A stretch of 5,132 nucleotides of DNA from a plasmid, in the sequence record NZ_CP128648.1. One strand, written 5' to 3'. Below are positions 5,029-5,132 of the stretch, in pieces; positions within the stretch are counted from its first letter, which is position 1; each line of letters starts with the position of its first letter. The notes under the pieces were generated by a model. It made no database searches and was not told the origin of the DNA. It worked only from the letters and a program-made list of their open reading frames with translations. Made by a program: the position numbers and the translations under genes.

Positions 5029-5096
5029 CGTACGAATATCGTAATAAAATATTGACGTATGTATCAGACACATATAAAATACGTACAAATATCGTA
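5029..5096 (+). promoter_or_regulatory. Promoter TTGACG(5052-5057)-17 bp-TAAAAT(5075-5080) bracketed by two copies of a 15-bp element CGTAC(G/A)AATATCGTA (5029-5043 and 5082-5096), each an internal dyad TACGA-ATA-TCGTA
   Basis: The hexamers and spacing are seen directly. The two elements are 14/15 identical and 53 bp apart, one just upstream of -35 and one spanning the expected +1 to +15. The promoter drives the gene starting at ATG 5114 (SD AAAGGTGA 5102-5109). Confidence 0.55.
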
Positions 5097-5113
5097 CAAA
5101 GAAAGGTGATTAA

Positions 5114-5132
5114 ATGAGCGTAAGAAAAGAAT
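5114..5132 (+). CDS. Start of a 3'-truncated CDS (MSVRKE...), product unknown
   Basis: ATG 5114 is preceded by AAAGGTGA and by the operator-flanked promoter. Only 6 codons are in the window. Confidence 0.45.

Overview
The window is AT-rich and looks like a plasmid-type replicon and accessory segment from a low-GC Gram-positive (Bacillus-like) host. The clearest parts are the replication region and a RelE/RelB toxin-antitoxin pair. The best candidate for something undescribed is a two-gene surface module at 3079-4140.

- **1-212, + strand:** the 3' end of a gene whose product ends in a ribbon-helix-helix (CopG/MobC-like) DNA-binding domain.
- **354-509:** a perfect consensus sigma-A promoter (TTGACA-17-TATAAT) with a 7-bp-arm inverted repeat in its spacer. 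Two 23-bp direct repeats (iteron-like) lie in the leader; the second ends 4 nt upstream of the GGAG Shine-Dalgarno of the downstream gene.
- **510-1823, + strand:** a 437-aa replication initiator of the archaeo-eukaryotic primase (AEP, Prim-Pol) type with all three catalytic motifs and a C-terminal PriCT-1-like domain.
- **1944-2591, + strand:** an N-terminal winged-HTH protein with a long coiled-coil tail.
- **2592-3078:** a 490-bp AT-rich region with one small SD-preceded cationic hydrophobic peptide ORF (41 aa), which is a type I toxin-like candidate.
- **3079-4140, + strand:** a two-gene module. A 261-aa Sec-signal protein with a C-terminal Ala/Val-rich hydrophobic anchor is followed by an 81-aa three-TM membrane protein. 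It has no assignable family and is the best candidate here for an undescribed surface module (exclusion or toxin-immunity type).
- **4244-4282:** a strong bidirectional terminator.
- **4326-4812, - strand:** a convergent RelE/ParE-family toxin and RelB-like RHH antitoxin pair with an ATGAATAG overlap. A 29-bp perfect palindrome operator sits on the -10 of their promoter.
- **4819-5113:** a divergent intergenic region with two tandem small GC hairpins. A second promoter (TTGACG-17-TAAAAT) is bracketed by two copies of a 15-bp CGTAC(G/A)AATATCGTA element.
- **5114 onward, + strand:** the first codons of a further gene.

All domain assignments are from reading the translations by eye. No database search was possible.
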